In this document: positions 38,877-47,629 of the stretch, one piece after another
How the letters are laid out: every line of letters begins with the position of its first letter
Numbering within the stretch: the stretch's first letter is position 1
Virus record (IMG/VR): IMGVR_UViG_3300008624_000005
Location: 1-64,000 of that record
From: a virus
Taxonomy: Duplodnaviria > Caudoviricetes
DNA length: 64,000 nucleotides
Direction: 5' to 3' (one strand)
Notes under the pieces: generated by a model
Told to the model about the DNA's origin: nothing
Seen by the model: only the letters and a program-made list of their open reading frames with translations
Databases searched by the model: none
Program-made: the position numbers and the translations under genes

Positions 38877-39134
38877 ATGAACGATAATGAATGGGATTTT
38901 GTACATGAAGATGTGGCTCTAGAAAATATTAATTTATTTGATATGGAACCACAACAAAAGTTTAACGATACACATTGCTTGGCACATATTATGTGTTGGG
39001 CAGGTGCGTTTCCTAGTGTTTCTCAGGCTAGGAAGAACGGATGGGATCGTCCTGTCCCTTTTGGGTTTTCTGAATTTAAAGTAGGTAAACGCAAAAGATG
39101 TATTTTCATCCTTAATCGAATAGGAGAAAAATGA
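38877..39134 (+). CDS. Small protein resembling the S4-like C-terminal domain of TyrRS
   Basis: LAHIMCWAGAFPSVSQARK...FKVGKRKR matches L...GL..S.SEARR...VGKRK; GGAG RBS before ATG 38877. Confidence 0.55.
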   Translation: MNDNEWDFVHEDVALENINLFDMEPQQKFNDTHCLAHIMCWAGAFPSVSQARKNGWDRPVPFGFSEFKVGKRKRCIFILNRIGEK

Positions 39135-39739
39135 GGTATTTTTATTTGGTGCTTGTAGCACTTTTAACTGTTGGTTGTTCCAGCAAACAAGAATTGGTTA
39201 AAGAGGCCCTTAATAGTGTAGGTGATCGCCCTGGTTGGGTTATGGTACCACCTGGTCCAGAGGGTAACCAACTTTACTTTGTAGGTACAAGTGCTTTGTA
39301 TGGCACTGAAAAACATGCCCGCAGAGATGCAAAGCGGGATGCAATCCGGGAAATGTCAGAATACGTTCGTGTTCTTAATAAGAACAAATTTGAACGAGCG
39401 AGTGTTACATATGGCATGGATAGTTTTGTAGTTATGCCTACTGTAAGTGAGCGTAACTTTGAAAAAATTATGAGTGCATCTACTGCAAACTTTTTGCGTG
39501 TACAAGAGATGTACTTTGAACGTGAAGCAGATGCCGCAGGTGTTCCCGGCTACAAATACTTTGTACTAACTGGTATTAGCAAAACTGATCTTGAAACAGC
39601 ATTGCAATCAAATGCAAAAGCCAATGCTGAAGATGCCCAAAAAGCAATGGGGCTTGCTAGTACTGAAGCGGCAAAGGCACAATGGAAAAATGCCCGTGAT
39701 TTTTGGAAAGAACTTGCTGAAGATGGCTTTGTACGATGA
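39131..39739 (+). CDS. Lipoprotein (LPP20-like)
   Basis: Signal peptide with lipobox LTVGC; RPGWV, YFVG.S...ARRDAKRDA. Confidence 0.75.
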   Translation: MRYFYLVLVALLTVGCSSKQELVKEALNSVGDRPGWVMVPPGPEGNQLYFVGTSALYGTEKHARRDAKRDAIREMSEYVRVLNKNKFERASVTYGMDSFVVMPTVSERNFEKIMSASTANFLRVQEMYFEREADAAGVPGYKYFVLTGISKTDLETALQSNAKANAEDAQKAMGLASTEAAKAQWKNARDFWKELAEDGFVR

Positions 39740-40665
39740 ACAAACTATTCGCAATCCTACTAGGGGCCTCCCTAGTAGGTTGTGCCTCAACGGCACACAA
39801 GCAACCAGTCTTAATATCAAATGATTCTAAACGTAGTTGGGTTGATAGATACGAATTAGAAGATTCCACTCACCTGTTTTTTACAGGTATATCCACAAAA
39901 TATGCAGAAGAACGTAAGGCACTCAAAGACGCCAAATACGATGCTTTATCTAAATTTTTAGACTATTGTGGATTACATACTAAATTGCATGAGAAGTACA
40001 TTTCACAAGTAGATGGAAATACTGCAAATGTATTAACAGCCACAAATAAAATAGAAACACACCTAGAAACAAATTCTGAAGCACAAGTAGGACAATTCCG
40101 TATTGTTAAAAAATACATGGAAGTATATAATGGTACTAGAGGTAAATTCTATAAAATGTATGTATTTGCTAGTGTACCAAAAACTGAAGTTGCTTTAGTT
40201 AAGGCATGGAAAAAAGAAAACGATTTACAAAAAATTACCAAACTTAAATCGCTTAATAGTGAGCAATCTGAAATAATAGTACAAACAAGTGAAGAGCTCA
40301 ATGCGGTACAAAAACAGCTCGAACAATTAACATTTTTAAAAGAACGTGTTTCTGTACTATCTATTGAAAATACCGAGCTCATAACTGAAAACAAACAGTT
40401 AAAGGAAACATTTCATAAGGACAAGGAAACAATAGAACATCTAACTGTTAGAGTAGATAAATTAACAAAAGTTAATAAAATATTAAAAGATGATAATGAC
40501 GATGTTCAAGTTATAAGAAAAAATCTTATAGATGCTTTAAAAACTGCTGAATACATGACACATGAAGCAGAGCATTGGAGAGAAAAATATTATAATAAAG
40601 GGCCAGGGGAAGCTCTTGCAGAATTGCTTGGTGTGAAAGAAAGGCCTGTAATAGTTATAGATTAA
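39736..40665 (+). CDS. Lipoprotein (LPP20-like) with C-terminal coiled coil
   Basis: Lipobox LVGC; SWV, FFTGIS...ALKDAKYDA paralogous to upstream gene; long heptad repeat C-terminus. Confidence 0.75.
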   Translation: MNKLFAILLGASLVGCASTAHKQPVLISNDSKRSWVDRYELEDSTHLFFTGISTKYAEERKALKDAKYDALSKFLDYCGLHTKLHEKYISQVDGNTANVLTATNKIETHLETNSEAQVGQFRIVKKYMEVYNGTRGKFYKMYVFASVPKTEVALVKAWKKENDLQKITKLKSLNSEQSEIIVQTSEELNAVQKQLEQLTFLKERVSVLSIENTELITENKQLKETFHKDKETIEHLTVRVDKLTKVNKILKDDNDDVQVIRKNLIDALKTAEYMTHEAEHWREKYYNKGPGEALAELLGVKERPVIVID

Positions 40666-40946
40666 ACTTCAGTTAATGCTAATTTATATTGTTTACCAGT
40701 TTTTTTATTAATTACAAATATATCATTCTCGCCTTCTTGGATCACCCAAGAACCTTTAGTCCCGTCTACATCATTTCCTGAACGATTAGGTTTATCATTA
40801 GACATAATCACGTCAGCAGTACTAAGATCGTTGCACGTTATATCTTCAAACTCAACATTGTCACCTGGACCTAATCCTTGGGCTACTTGACCTACAACAT
40901 TATCATCAAAAACTCTTGTAGTTCCAATATAAAGTTTCTTTGCCAT
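40662..40946 (-). CDS. Stand-alone fibre C-terminal domain protein
   Basis: DITCNDLSTAD.IMSNDKP.RSGN.VDGTKGSWV.QEGE near-identical to the C-terminus of 47626..50895; AGGA RBS. Confidence 0.8.
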   Translation of the reverse strand: MAKKLYIGTTRVFDDNVVGQVAQGLGPGDNVEFEDITCNDLSTADVIMSNDKPNRSGNDVDGTKGSWVIQEGENDIFVINKKTGKQYKLALTEV

Positions 40947-40967
40947 TATTTTTTTCCTATAAAATAT

Positions 40968-41849
40968 TTAGCGAATAAGAAGAAAAGAAACTGCAATAAT
41001 AACTGAGCAAAGAAAAACAACAAAAGTATAATATGTTACTAAGGGAGTTTTAAAATACATTTTACCTATAATGAAACATTTATGAACAGGACTTAGCATA
41101 TAGCCTGCATAATCTATAGCGAAAAACATAGGAAGGTATTGAACACCAAATATACTTGTAAGAATAGCAGTAAATGCCGCAAACCTTGCAGAAGATCCTA
41201 ATAAAAAACTACCAGCAAATCCTATCCAAGCACCTGTTACAAGTGACCAATCATTATTTTCAATATATGCTTTAATTTCATTTGTATAAGATTTAATATA
41301 ATTACCTAAAACAATAACCAAAAATAATGCTATTAATAGTTTCCAATTAACCCATTCTACTGTAACTTCTTTTTGTTTAGGATTAATCCAGATTACATCT
41401 TGTTCTTTTAAAAAATAAAATACTAAAAACAATGGAAGAACTATAGCAATCATTGCAAGAGGCCCCATCACATACATAAATTCTACATATGTTAACCCTA
41501 AAACTGCCATAGGTATAATAACAGATTTTTCAAACGGAGACCACAAGTAATAATGATGTGTACTAAGATAATCTATAATGCCATACCATTTGCGTCTAGA
41601 ATCTTTAGGTGCCATTGTATCTAAAATACCAGCAGATACAGATACCCTTCCAGGTATAGGTAGCACACCACATAAAGCACTAACTATAACAACAAATAAT
41701 CTATTTGATTTTATATATTTGCTTAGAAGATTTAGCACAGGATATATATACCCATTGCGTTGCACATACGCAGATGTAACCATAATGCCTGCAAGGTACA
41801 ATACGTACCATTGATTATTAAATATTATTTCTAGCATCAGTTTTTTCAT
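40968..41849 (-). CDS. Multi-pass membrane permease (ion-transporter superfamily, CitMHS/NhaD-like)
   Basis: About 9 hydrophobic segments; GVLPIPGRVSVSAG, HHYYLWSP, GYMLSPVH; start likely 41849 or 41837 rather than 41921. Confidence 0.7.
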   Translation of the reverse strand: MKKLMLEIIFNNQWYVLYLAGIMVTSAYVQRNGYIYPVLNLLSKYIKSNRLFVVIVSALCGVLPIPGRVSVSAGILDTMAPKDSRRKWYGIIDYLSTHHYYLWSPFEKSVIIPMAVLGLTYVEFMYVMGPLAMIAIVLPLFLVFYFLKEQDVIWINPKQKEVTVEWVNWKLLIALFLVIVLGNYIKSYTNEIKAYIENNDWSLVTGAWIGFAGSFLLGSSARFAAFTAILTSIFGVQYLPMFFAIDYAGYMLSPVHKCFIIGKMYFKTPLVTYYTFVVFLCSVIIAVSFLLIR

Positions 41850-42546
41850 GTGGGATATGGGTGTATTCCCACTTAAATTTCTCGGCGTCCCATTCGCTTT
41901 CAGTTCCTTTATTAACAACAATATTCATTACAAATGTTAATCTTTTTTCATTTTCCTGGAATGGATATACTTGATGCAATAAATCAAAATCATAAATCAT
42001 ACCAAAATTTTTCTGTGGTATTATATTCATTAATTCTTGATCTTTTATTATAACATGACATCCCTTATAAGATGCATTATTGGTGATCTCTTGGGTTTTC
42101 ATATTAAAAAATCGTGATTTCAAATTTCGACCGAATGAGGTTTCTAAAGCAGAATCAAAATCATTAAGAAAATATATAAAATTAAAATCATTTGCTTCGT
42201 GTATGTGAAGAGGATTAAATTCATTTTTCCTCATTACATTTAGCCATGATGATCGAATTAGTACATCATTCTTTTCAATTTTTTTAAACTTGCCCATTCT
42301 ATTATTCAAATCGTGTTCTATATGAGCATGTATAATTTGATTAAACGTGTCTAAATAAAATTCATCTAATACCCCATGATTAATAATATATTCATTTTCT
42401 ATTTCTCCTACCAACATATTATTAGCCTTGGCACCACTTTGATTTATCATAGAAAGAAGAGAATTACTAAAATTATCAGTAAACGAATCGGTCGCTTCAA
42501 AAAAAGTTAAAATTTTATCTTGAAAAGTTTTATGAAATATTTTCAT
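41818..42546 (-). CDS. 2OG-Fe(II) oxygenase
   Basis: SWLNVMRKNEFNPLHIH...LLHQVYPF...RLTFVMN (HxH..H..R). Confidence 0.85.
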   Translation of the reverse strand: MKIFHKTFQDKILTFFEATDSFTDNFSNSLLSMINQSGAKANNMLVGEIENEYIINHGVLDEFYLDTFNQIIHAHIEHDLNNRMGKFKKIEKNDVLIRSSWLNVMRKNEFNPLHIHEANDFNFIYFLNDFDSALETSFGRNLKSRFFNMKTQEITNNASYKGCHVIIKDQELMNIIPQKNFGMIYDFDLLHQVYPFQENEKRLTFVMNIVVNKGTESEWDAEKFKWEYTHIPHEKTDARNNI

Positions 42547-44186
42547 TTTTTAATTACCGTAACGTATATACCATTCCACCATTGTGTAGGATTTTCTATT
42601 GTGTTTAATACTTTTTTATGAAAAATAAGCTCATGATCTATTTGTTCTAATCCTTTCATTGCTCCTATAACAACATTAGGAAAATTTGCGTCATCAAAAA
42701 TACAAATACATTCGTCTGCAAAACAATCTTTATAATACATTATTGCTTTTTCTATTGTTTCACTTTCGTGTGGCCCATCGTAAAAAAACAAATCAATATT
42801 TTTAATGTCTTTTAAATTTGTATCAAATAAATCACATTCATATGCTGTTACAGAATTATTCCCCTTAAACTGTTTTACATTTTTAATAAATTCTTCTTTA
42901 GAATTAGGAGGTAAAATTAATTCTTGTGTTAATGGTTGTAAATCTTCTTTCCATGTATCTACACAAAATGCATTAATATTATTATCTTTCAATACTGCAC
43001 ATGTGCTTAATCCTAAATACGATCCAATTTCTAAATAATTTGTAGAAATACTACCTAAACTATTAAGTAAATTAACAATTTTTTGAGAAGATAATCCGTC
43101 AATCTCTACTATGATATCCTTATTAACAGAATCTACCAATTCTTTTGTTACATATTTTATTTTATCATTACCTTTTATTACACTTTTTTTGTCATACACT
43201 TTATCACAATAATGACAATCCCAACATTCAAACTTACAAGTTTTTATTTTTTCACGCCATATGTTTATAGGAGCATCTACTAAATTTGTTTCATCTATAA
43301 ATTCATTAAATGTATCAAATAATATTTCCTTATCTTCGGCATAATTTTTTATAATATGCATGGTTTCATTTAATCTAGAAGTATTTTCTCTTCCATGCAT
43401 TTTAATAACATCAACATATTCTAATAATTCATCCCAATCTTCTTTCCATGGAGGAAAGTTAGCGGATTTTAAAGGAACAGCCATATCTTCTTGGTCCCAT
43501 TTATCACACGATACTCTAGACATAGGATCATTAAAATACTGAGCTTCGTTTGTTCTAGAATTATTAAATTCATAATGTTCATCCATCATAGGACAATTAC
43601 CTATGCATCCTTCGTTTGCTAACAATGATAACTTGACTCCAGCATGTTCTTTAGCACGTTTCATATCTTTTAATTTGTCATGGTCTCGCATTAGATCACG
43701 ATCTAAATTAACATAGTTAAATCCTGCTTCACCTAAAGCAACTACTTCTCGTGGTTCGGTTACATTCCGTAATATTGTGTTTTTAATTTCTAATTCAGGA
43801 AATGCTGATTGTATTTGTTTTGTTGCAACCCAATGAGTATGTGGAATCGTTGCACTTCGAACAACTCCGGTATCATAAAGTTGTTTAAAATTTTGTAAAA
43901 ATAAATCTAAATTATTTTGTGATGGTCGAACTAAAGTATTATTAAATGTTGCAGAAAGTGGAATACCTGTATCTTTTGATACGTTTATAGCATTGTCTAA
44001 TATAGATAAATGATCTGGTGGACCATTAAACACATCGCCCATTGCATCTTGAACAAAAGGTGGCATTCTACTAGTAAAATAAAGATCATATATATAATCT
44101 TTATAGGTATGTAAAAAGCCTAAAAAATCATTAAATTGTGGTTCCGTCAATTTTGGATTGATCGGTATGCTGAATATTTTCTTCAT
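42543..44186 (-). CDS. U32-family Fe-S protein fused to class I SAM methyltransferase
   Basis: NLDRDLMR, LLANEGCIGNCP, DVIKMHGR (U32-like), CKFECWDCHYC; C-terminal YLEIGSYLGLS, CVDTW, DLFFYDGPH, IFDD (Methyltransf_24-like). Confidence 0.75.
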   Translation of the reverse strand: MKKIFSIPINPKLTEPQFNDFLGFLHTYKDYIYDLYFTSRMPPFVQDAMGDVFNGPPDHLSILDNAINVSKDTGIPLSATFNNTLVRPSQNNLDLFLQNFKQLYDTGVVRSATIPHTHWVATKQIQSAFPELEIKNTILRNVTEPREVVALGEAGFNYVNLDRDLMRDHDKLKDMKRAKEHAGVKLSLLANEGCIGNCPMMDEHYEFNNSRTNEAQYFNDPMSRVSCDKWDQEDMAVPLKSANFPPWKEDWDELLEYVDVIKMHGRENTSRLNETMHIIKNYAEDKEILFDTFNEFIDETNLVDAPINIWREKIKTCKFECWDCHYCDKVYDKKSVIKGNDKIKYVTKELVDSVNKDIIVEIDGLSSQKIVNLLNSLGSISTNYLEIGSYLGLSTCAVLKDNNINAFCVDTWKEDLQPLTQELILPPNSKEEFIKNVKQFKGNNSVTAYECDLFDTNLKDIKNIDLFFYDGPHESETIEKAIMYYKDCFADECICIFDDANFPNVVIGAMKGLEQIDHELIFHKKVLNTIENPTQWWNGIYVTVIKK

Positions 44187-45474
44187 CTAATTTTATTTCA
44201 AATAATTTTTTACTATCAGTTAATAGTGGCATTTGTAATCCTTCGAGTGCTTTTTCAGAATTAATCTGGCCTTCAACTTGTTTATTAATCTGTCCTATTG
44301 TATTAGTTAACAAACCAGAAAAATGTAATGCACCTCTTAATGTTTCTAATTGATCTTCTTCTGGCATTAATAAGATAGAATCCATATTACCCGAACCTAC
44401 CCGACCATATGCTATAATATCCATTGCCGCCTGCTTTTGCATTCTAGCCATCCAATATTTTCGTTCTTCTGTGTCGTCTTCTTTTAAATATTCGTCTAAG
44501 TTTTTTTCTTTTGTTTTTTCTAAAAGCTCTAAATATGTTCTAAGTTCGCGTTCACATTGACTCATTTTTCGTTTAAAAACAGTTATGTCGTACATTAAGT
44601 CTTCGAGCTTAATAACCATCAATTCTTTTTCTAACTGATCCGGTTCTTTTTTAATGTCTCGTTCAATTATTTTTACACGAACTTCTGCTTCTCGTAAATT
44701 TCTTACAATAGATTTATATGCATGATATCGTGTTTCTAACTCCATAAATGATTGATGAATTTTTTTGTAAGGAGTTATTCCTGTTTTTTGCACAAAATTA
44801 ATAGAAGAATAATTAGACTGCCCATTATCAAATTGAAGGGCTGTTTCTAATACTTTTTCTTCTTCGGGCGAAAAACTTAAATGGTCTCTTACCCAAGTGT
44901 CTACTTTTATATTTGTTACATCGCTACTTACAATATCTGTTTTATTGTGTAGCATATCTGGTAAATTATTTGTTTGTTCCATAAGTCGTCCAAAACTATT
45001 ATTAAAAATTTTATTATAAATTGAAAATAAATCTTCTCGATCTTTATCTGAACTACCGTTATTAATACATCCTAACGGAAATGCAGTATTTTTATTAAAT
45101 CTTTCTTCGTCCCATAATAAACAATTTTTAAAATTATCTTTATTATTAATAATTTTTCTTTTGTTAAAAACACAACCAAATTTGCCTAATGTTTTAGGAA
45201 AAAATATACAAAAATTTTCTATTGTATCATGTGTTTTAATATTAAAATATTCTTGTATAAATTCTTTAAATGTTAAGCCAGTTTTAAATTTTATGTCATC
45301 TTCTCTTACTAGTTCATTATTTACGTATTTTAAATATATGTTTTCTACATTTTCTAACGTCGCATATCCAGGATCTTTGCAACAAGGATTTTTTAAACAT
45401 GATTGGCATGGTTGGGGTGTGCATTTAGAGTTTTTTTGAAGTTCGTATAATTTTTCTGTTACTTTTTTAAACAT
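44131..45474 (-). CDS. YkgJ-like Cys-cluster domain fused to coiled-coil protein
   Basis: CQSCLKNPCC...CIFF...GCVF...CLLW...FPLGC then long heptad region and DIIAYGRVGSGNMDSI. Confidence 0.6.
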   Translation of the reverse strand: MFKKVTEKLYELQKNSKCTPQPCQSCLKNPCCKDPGYATLENVENIYLKYVNNELVREDDIKFKTGLTFKEFIQEYFNIKTHDTIENFCIFFPKTLGKFGCVFNKRKIINNKDNFKNCLLWDEERFNKNTAFPLGCINNGSSDKDREDLFSIYNKIFNNSFGRLMEQTNNLPDMLHNKTDIVSSDVTNIKVDTWVRDHLSFSPEEEKVLETALQFDNGQSNYSSINFVQKTGITPYKKIHQSFMELETRYHAYKSIVRNLREAEVRVKIIERDIKKEPDQLEKELMVIKLEDLMYDITVFKRKMSQCERELRTYLELLEKTKEKNLDEYLKEDDTEERKYWMARMQKQAAMDIIAYGRVGSGNMDSILLMPEEDQLETLRGALHFSGLLTNTIGQINKQVEGQINSEKALEGLQMPLLTDSKKLFEIKLDEENIQHTDQSKIDGTTI

Positions 45475-46484
45475 TAAAAGTTTAATTTGTTGCCTATATA
45501 AGGATTAATAGGATCAGGTAACCATTTTGCCTTTGGATCATCTTCTGTTGTTTTTTCATTTGTATCTGTATTAAAGAAGGCCATTCGGTTTCCTTTTCTA
45601 TTATAGTCTATTTCACCATCTTCTTTTATACCTGGGTCTACCCGTTTTAATGTTTCTGCCTGTTCGGTAGGCATCATTATACCAAAATAATCTTCATATA
45701 CAATATTTAAATCCCATATTGTTGTGCATACTTCTACTTTTTTTAATATTTTTTGAGACTTAACTAGCATAGTAGAAAGTCTATCTTGATATTCTTCTGC
45801 TTTTTCTAATATTTTATTTGACAAAGTTGTTTTATCAAAACTTCTTTCTGTTGCAATATAATCTAAAAACGGAGTTACGTGAGCAGGATCATCTTCACCA
45901 TACGTTAAAAATTCTCTTGCTTCATGTTTTTGTATTTCCCAAGTTGCCGCTTCTAATTCAGATACATTTTTAATAAATTTTAATTTCTTACTATATTCAT
46001 TTTCTATAATTTCTTTTGCATATTTTTTCATAAAAGATAATGTAAAATCTTTCATCTCTTGAGTAAAGTCTATTGCTTGTTTCCAATGTTCATCAGGTAT
46101 AGCAGGAGTCCAATCCCAAATTACTCCATCACCAGTTTTAAGAACTTTAACAGTATCTCGTATTTCGGCAAAATGTACAGTACCAAAATAGAATTCATCT
46201 TTTGTTATTTCTTCAAACGATCTACCTAGTTGTGGTCTAATTGTTTCTAAAAGAGAATCACTTATTTCTACCGCAGATAAACCTAATAAATTATATTTCG
46301 ACTCACATTTAAAATTTTTATCTTGAAATTCACCACCTGTAATATATGCCTTAATATCTTCTTCAGGAATTATAATATATCTTAATTTTGCGTCAGGAAC
46401 TGTCGGACCCGTTACTGGAGTTGGTTCAGTTACAACTGGATCAAAATCCATTGGTGTTGTTTTTGTCAGGTTATGTGCTGGCAT
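45474..46484 (-). CDS. Tail-fibre assembly chaperone-like protein
   Basis: EAATWEIQKHEA...TPFLDYIATERS..KTTLSNKILEKAEEY resembles E..TW..Q..EA..TP.L..IA..RG fibre-assembly proteins; directly follows the propeller gene. Confidence 0.55.
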   Translation of the reverse strand: MPAHNLTKTTPMDFDPVVTEPTPVTGPTVPDAKLRYIIIPEEDIKAYITGGEFQDKNFKCESKYNLLGLSAVEISDSLLETIRPQLGRSFEEITKDEFYFGTVHFAEIRDTVKVLKTGDGVIWDWTPAIPDEHWKQAIDFTQEMKDFTLSFMKKYAKEIIENEYSKKLKFIKNVSELEAATWEIQKHEAREFLTYGEDDPAHVTPFLDYIATERSFDKTTLSNKILEKAEEYQDRLSTMLVKSQKILKKVEVCTTIWDLNIVYEDYFGIMMPTEQAETLKRVDPGIKEDGEIDYNRKGNRMAFFNTDTNEKTTEDDPKAKWLPDPINPYIGNKLNF

Positions 46485-47629
46485 TAACTTACCCCTACGT
46501 CACAAACAGATGCGGCACCTGTACTACAAAATCCTGATGATTGTCCATAATGTCCTTTAGGCATACATGCGGCTCCCATTGTTGTTTGAGCATCAGTCGA
46601 ATATACATATTTTACAGTCCAGTTATTTTGTTGGCCATTATAATCGCCCATTGTATAACCCCAATCTTGGCCATCTTCTTGATTTTCTTCACCATTAGAA
46701 TGATTTTTACCTGGAGACGATAAAACTGCTCCATTACTATCAGCAAACTTATCTTGTCCGCTTGTAACATTAGTACCAGTACCTACATAATGATGCCCGT
46801 GTTTAGAGGATATTGCTTTACATTGTCCATCTGTTCCATAGGTCCAAGTACCGCCTGATCCCATTGATCTATTAGACCAATTATAAGAATATTTGTTATT
46901 TCCCGCATTCATTAACCAACCCACATCTTCACCTTGGCAACCTGTACCTAATCCTGATGACGAAGCAGTAGCGGCAGTATACATAACTTCTGAAGCAAAA
47001 TGTAAAGAATGAGAAGTTGTACCGTGTGTACCTCCTGCCCATAATCCTTCTTGTGTTTTTATTCCGGAAGCAGTAGCACAATCATGAACACTAGTACTAA
47101 AATTCCAGCCACCTACGTGATTGCCATAACCACTAGTACCATAACTAATTCCTTCAGTTAACGGATTGTAACCTACGTATCCGTATGAAACACCACTAGA
47201 AGAAAAACCACCTGTTGTAGTTATCTTTCTTGTTTGTCCATTTGCGAGACTGTAACTAGATAAATTTGTACCGGCAGTAGTATGACCATTATTTTCTAGA
47301 TATCCATTATGATCGCTATATGTGCCTGACAAATAAGATCCTTCTCTATCTAATTGTTCCCCACAATAAAGGGTAGTATCTGTTTGATGCCAGGTTTTAT
47401 TTACAGCCCGCCATGCATTAGATCCTTTATAGCCTGCCGCCAAATAACCATGTGTATATATAGATCTATATCTCCAACCTGATGCTAATGCAGACCCCGG
47501 ACTACCTGGATATTGCCAGTAAGCACCTTCAGCGGCATCACCTGCCATTAAAAGGCCACCTCTTGCTTCTTCTGATGTAGCGGGTATTCCTTGTTCGGTT
47601 CTTCCTCTTGATCGAGAATAAATTGTCAT
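46484..47629 (-). CDS. Gly-rich kelch-like beta-propeller virion protein
   Basis: Repeated G(Y/W/L)xxxG motifs (GYLAAGY, GLWAGG, GWLMNAG, WGYTMGDY); Gly/Ser/Thr-rich. Confidence 0.6.
   Translation of the reverse strand: MTIYSRSRGRTEQGIPATSEEARGGLLMAGDAAEGAYWQYPGSPGSALASGWRYRSIYTHGYLAAGYKGSNAWRAVNKTWHQTDTTLYCGEQLDREGSYLSGTYSDHNGYLENNGHTTAGTNLSSYSLANGQTRKITTTGGFSSSGVSYGYVGYNPLTEGISYGTSGYGNHVGGWNFSTSVHDCATASGIKTQEGLWAGGTHGTTSHSLHFASEVMYTAATASSSGLGTGCQGEDVGWLMNAGNNKYSYNWSNRSMGSGGTWTYGTDGQCKAISSKHGHHYVGTGTNVTSGQDKFADSNGAVLSSPGKNHSNGEENQEDGQDWGYTMGDYNGQQNNWTVKYVYSTDAQTTMGAACMPKGHYGQSSGFCSTGAASVCDVGVS

Noticed and set aside
40655-40670. Rho-independent terminator at the convergent junction
   Set aside because: The two stop codons overlap (TTAA) and no GC-rich hairpin with a U-tract was found
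36319-40970. Further late promoters at 36319 (+) and 40965 (-)
   Set aside because: TAAATA overlaps TAA stop codons in AT-rich DNA, so a chance match is too likely to list as a feature
42543-44186. Collagenase/protease call for the U32 domain
   Set aside because: Characterised U32 members are mostly Fe-S hydroxylation factors; the Cys motifs and methyltransferase fusion fit that better
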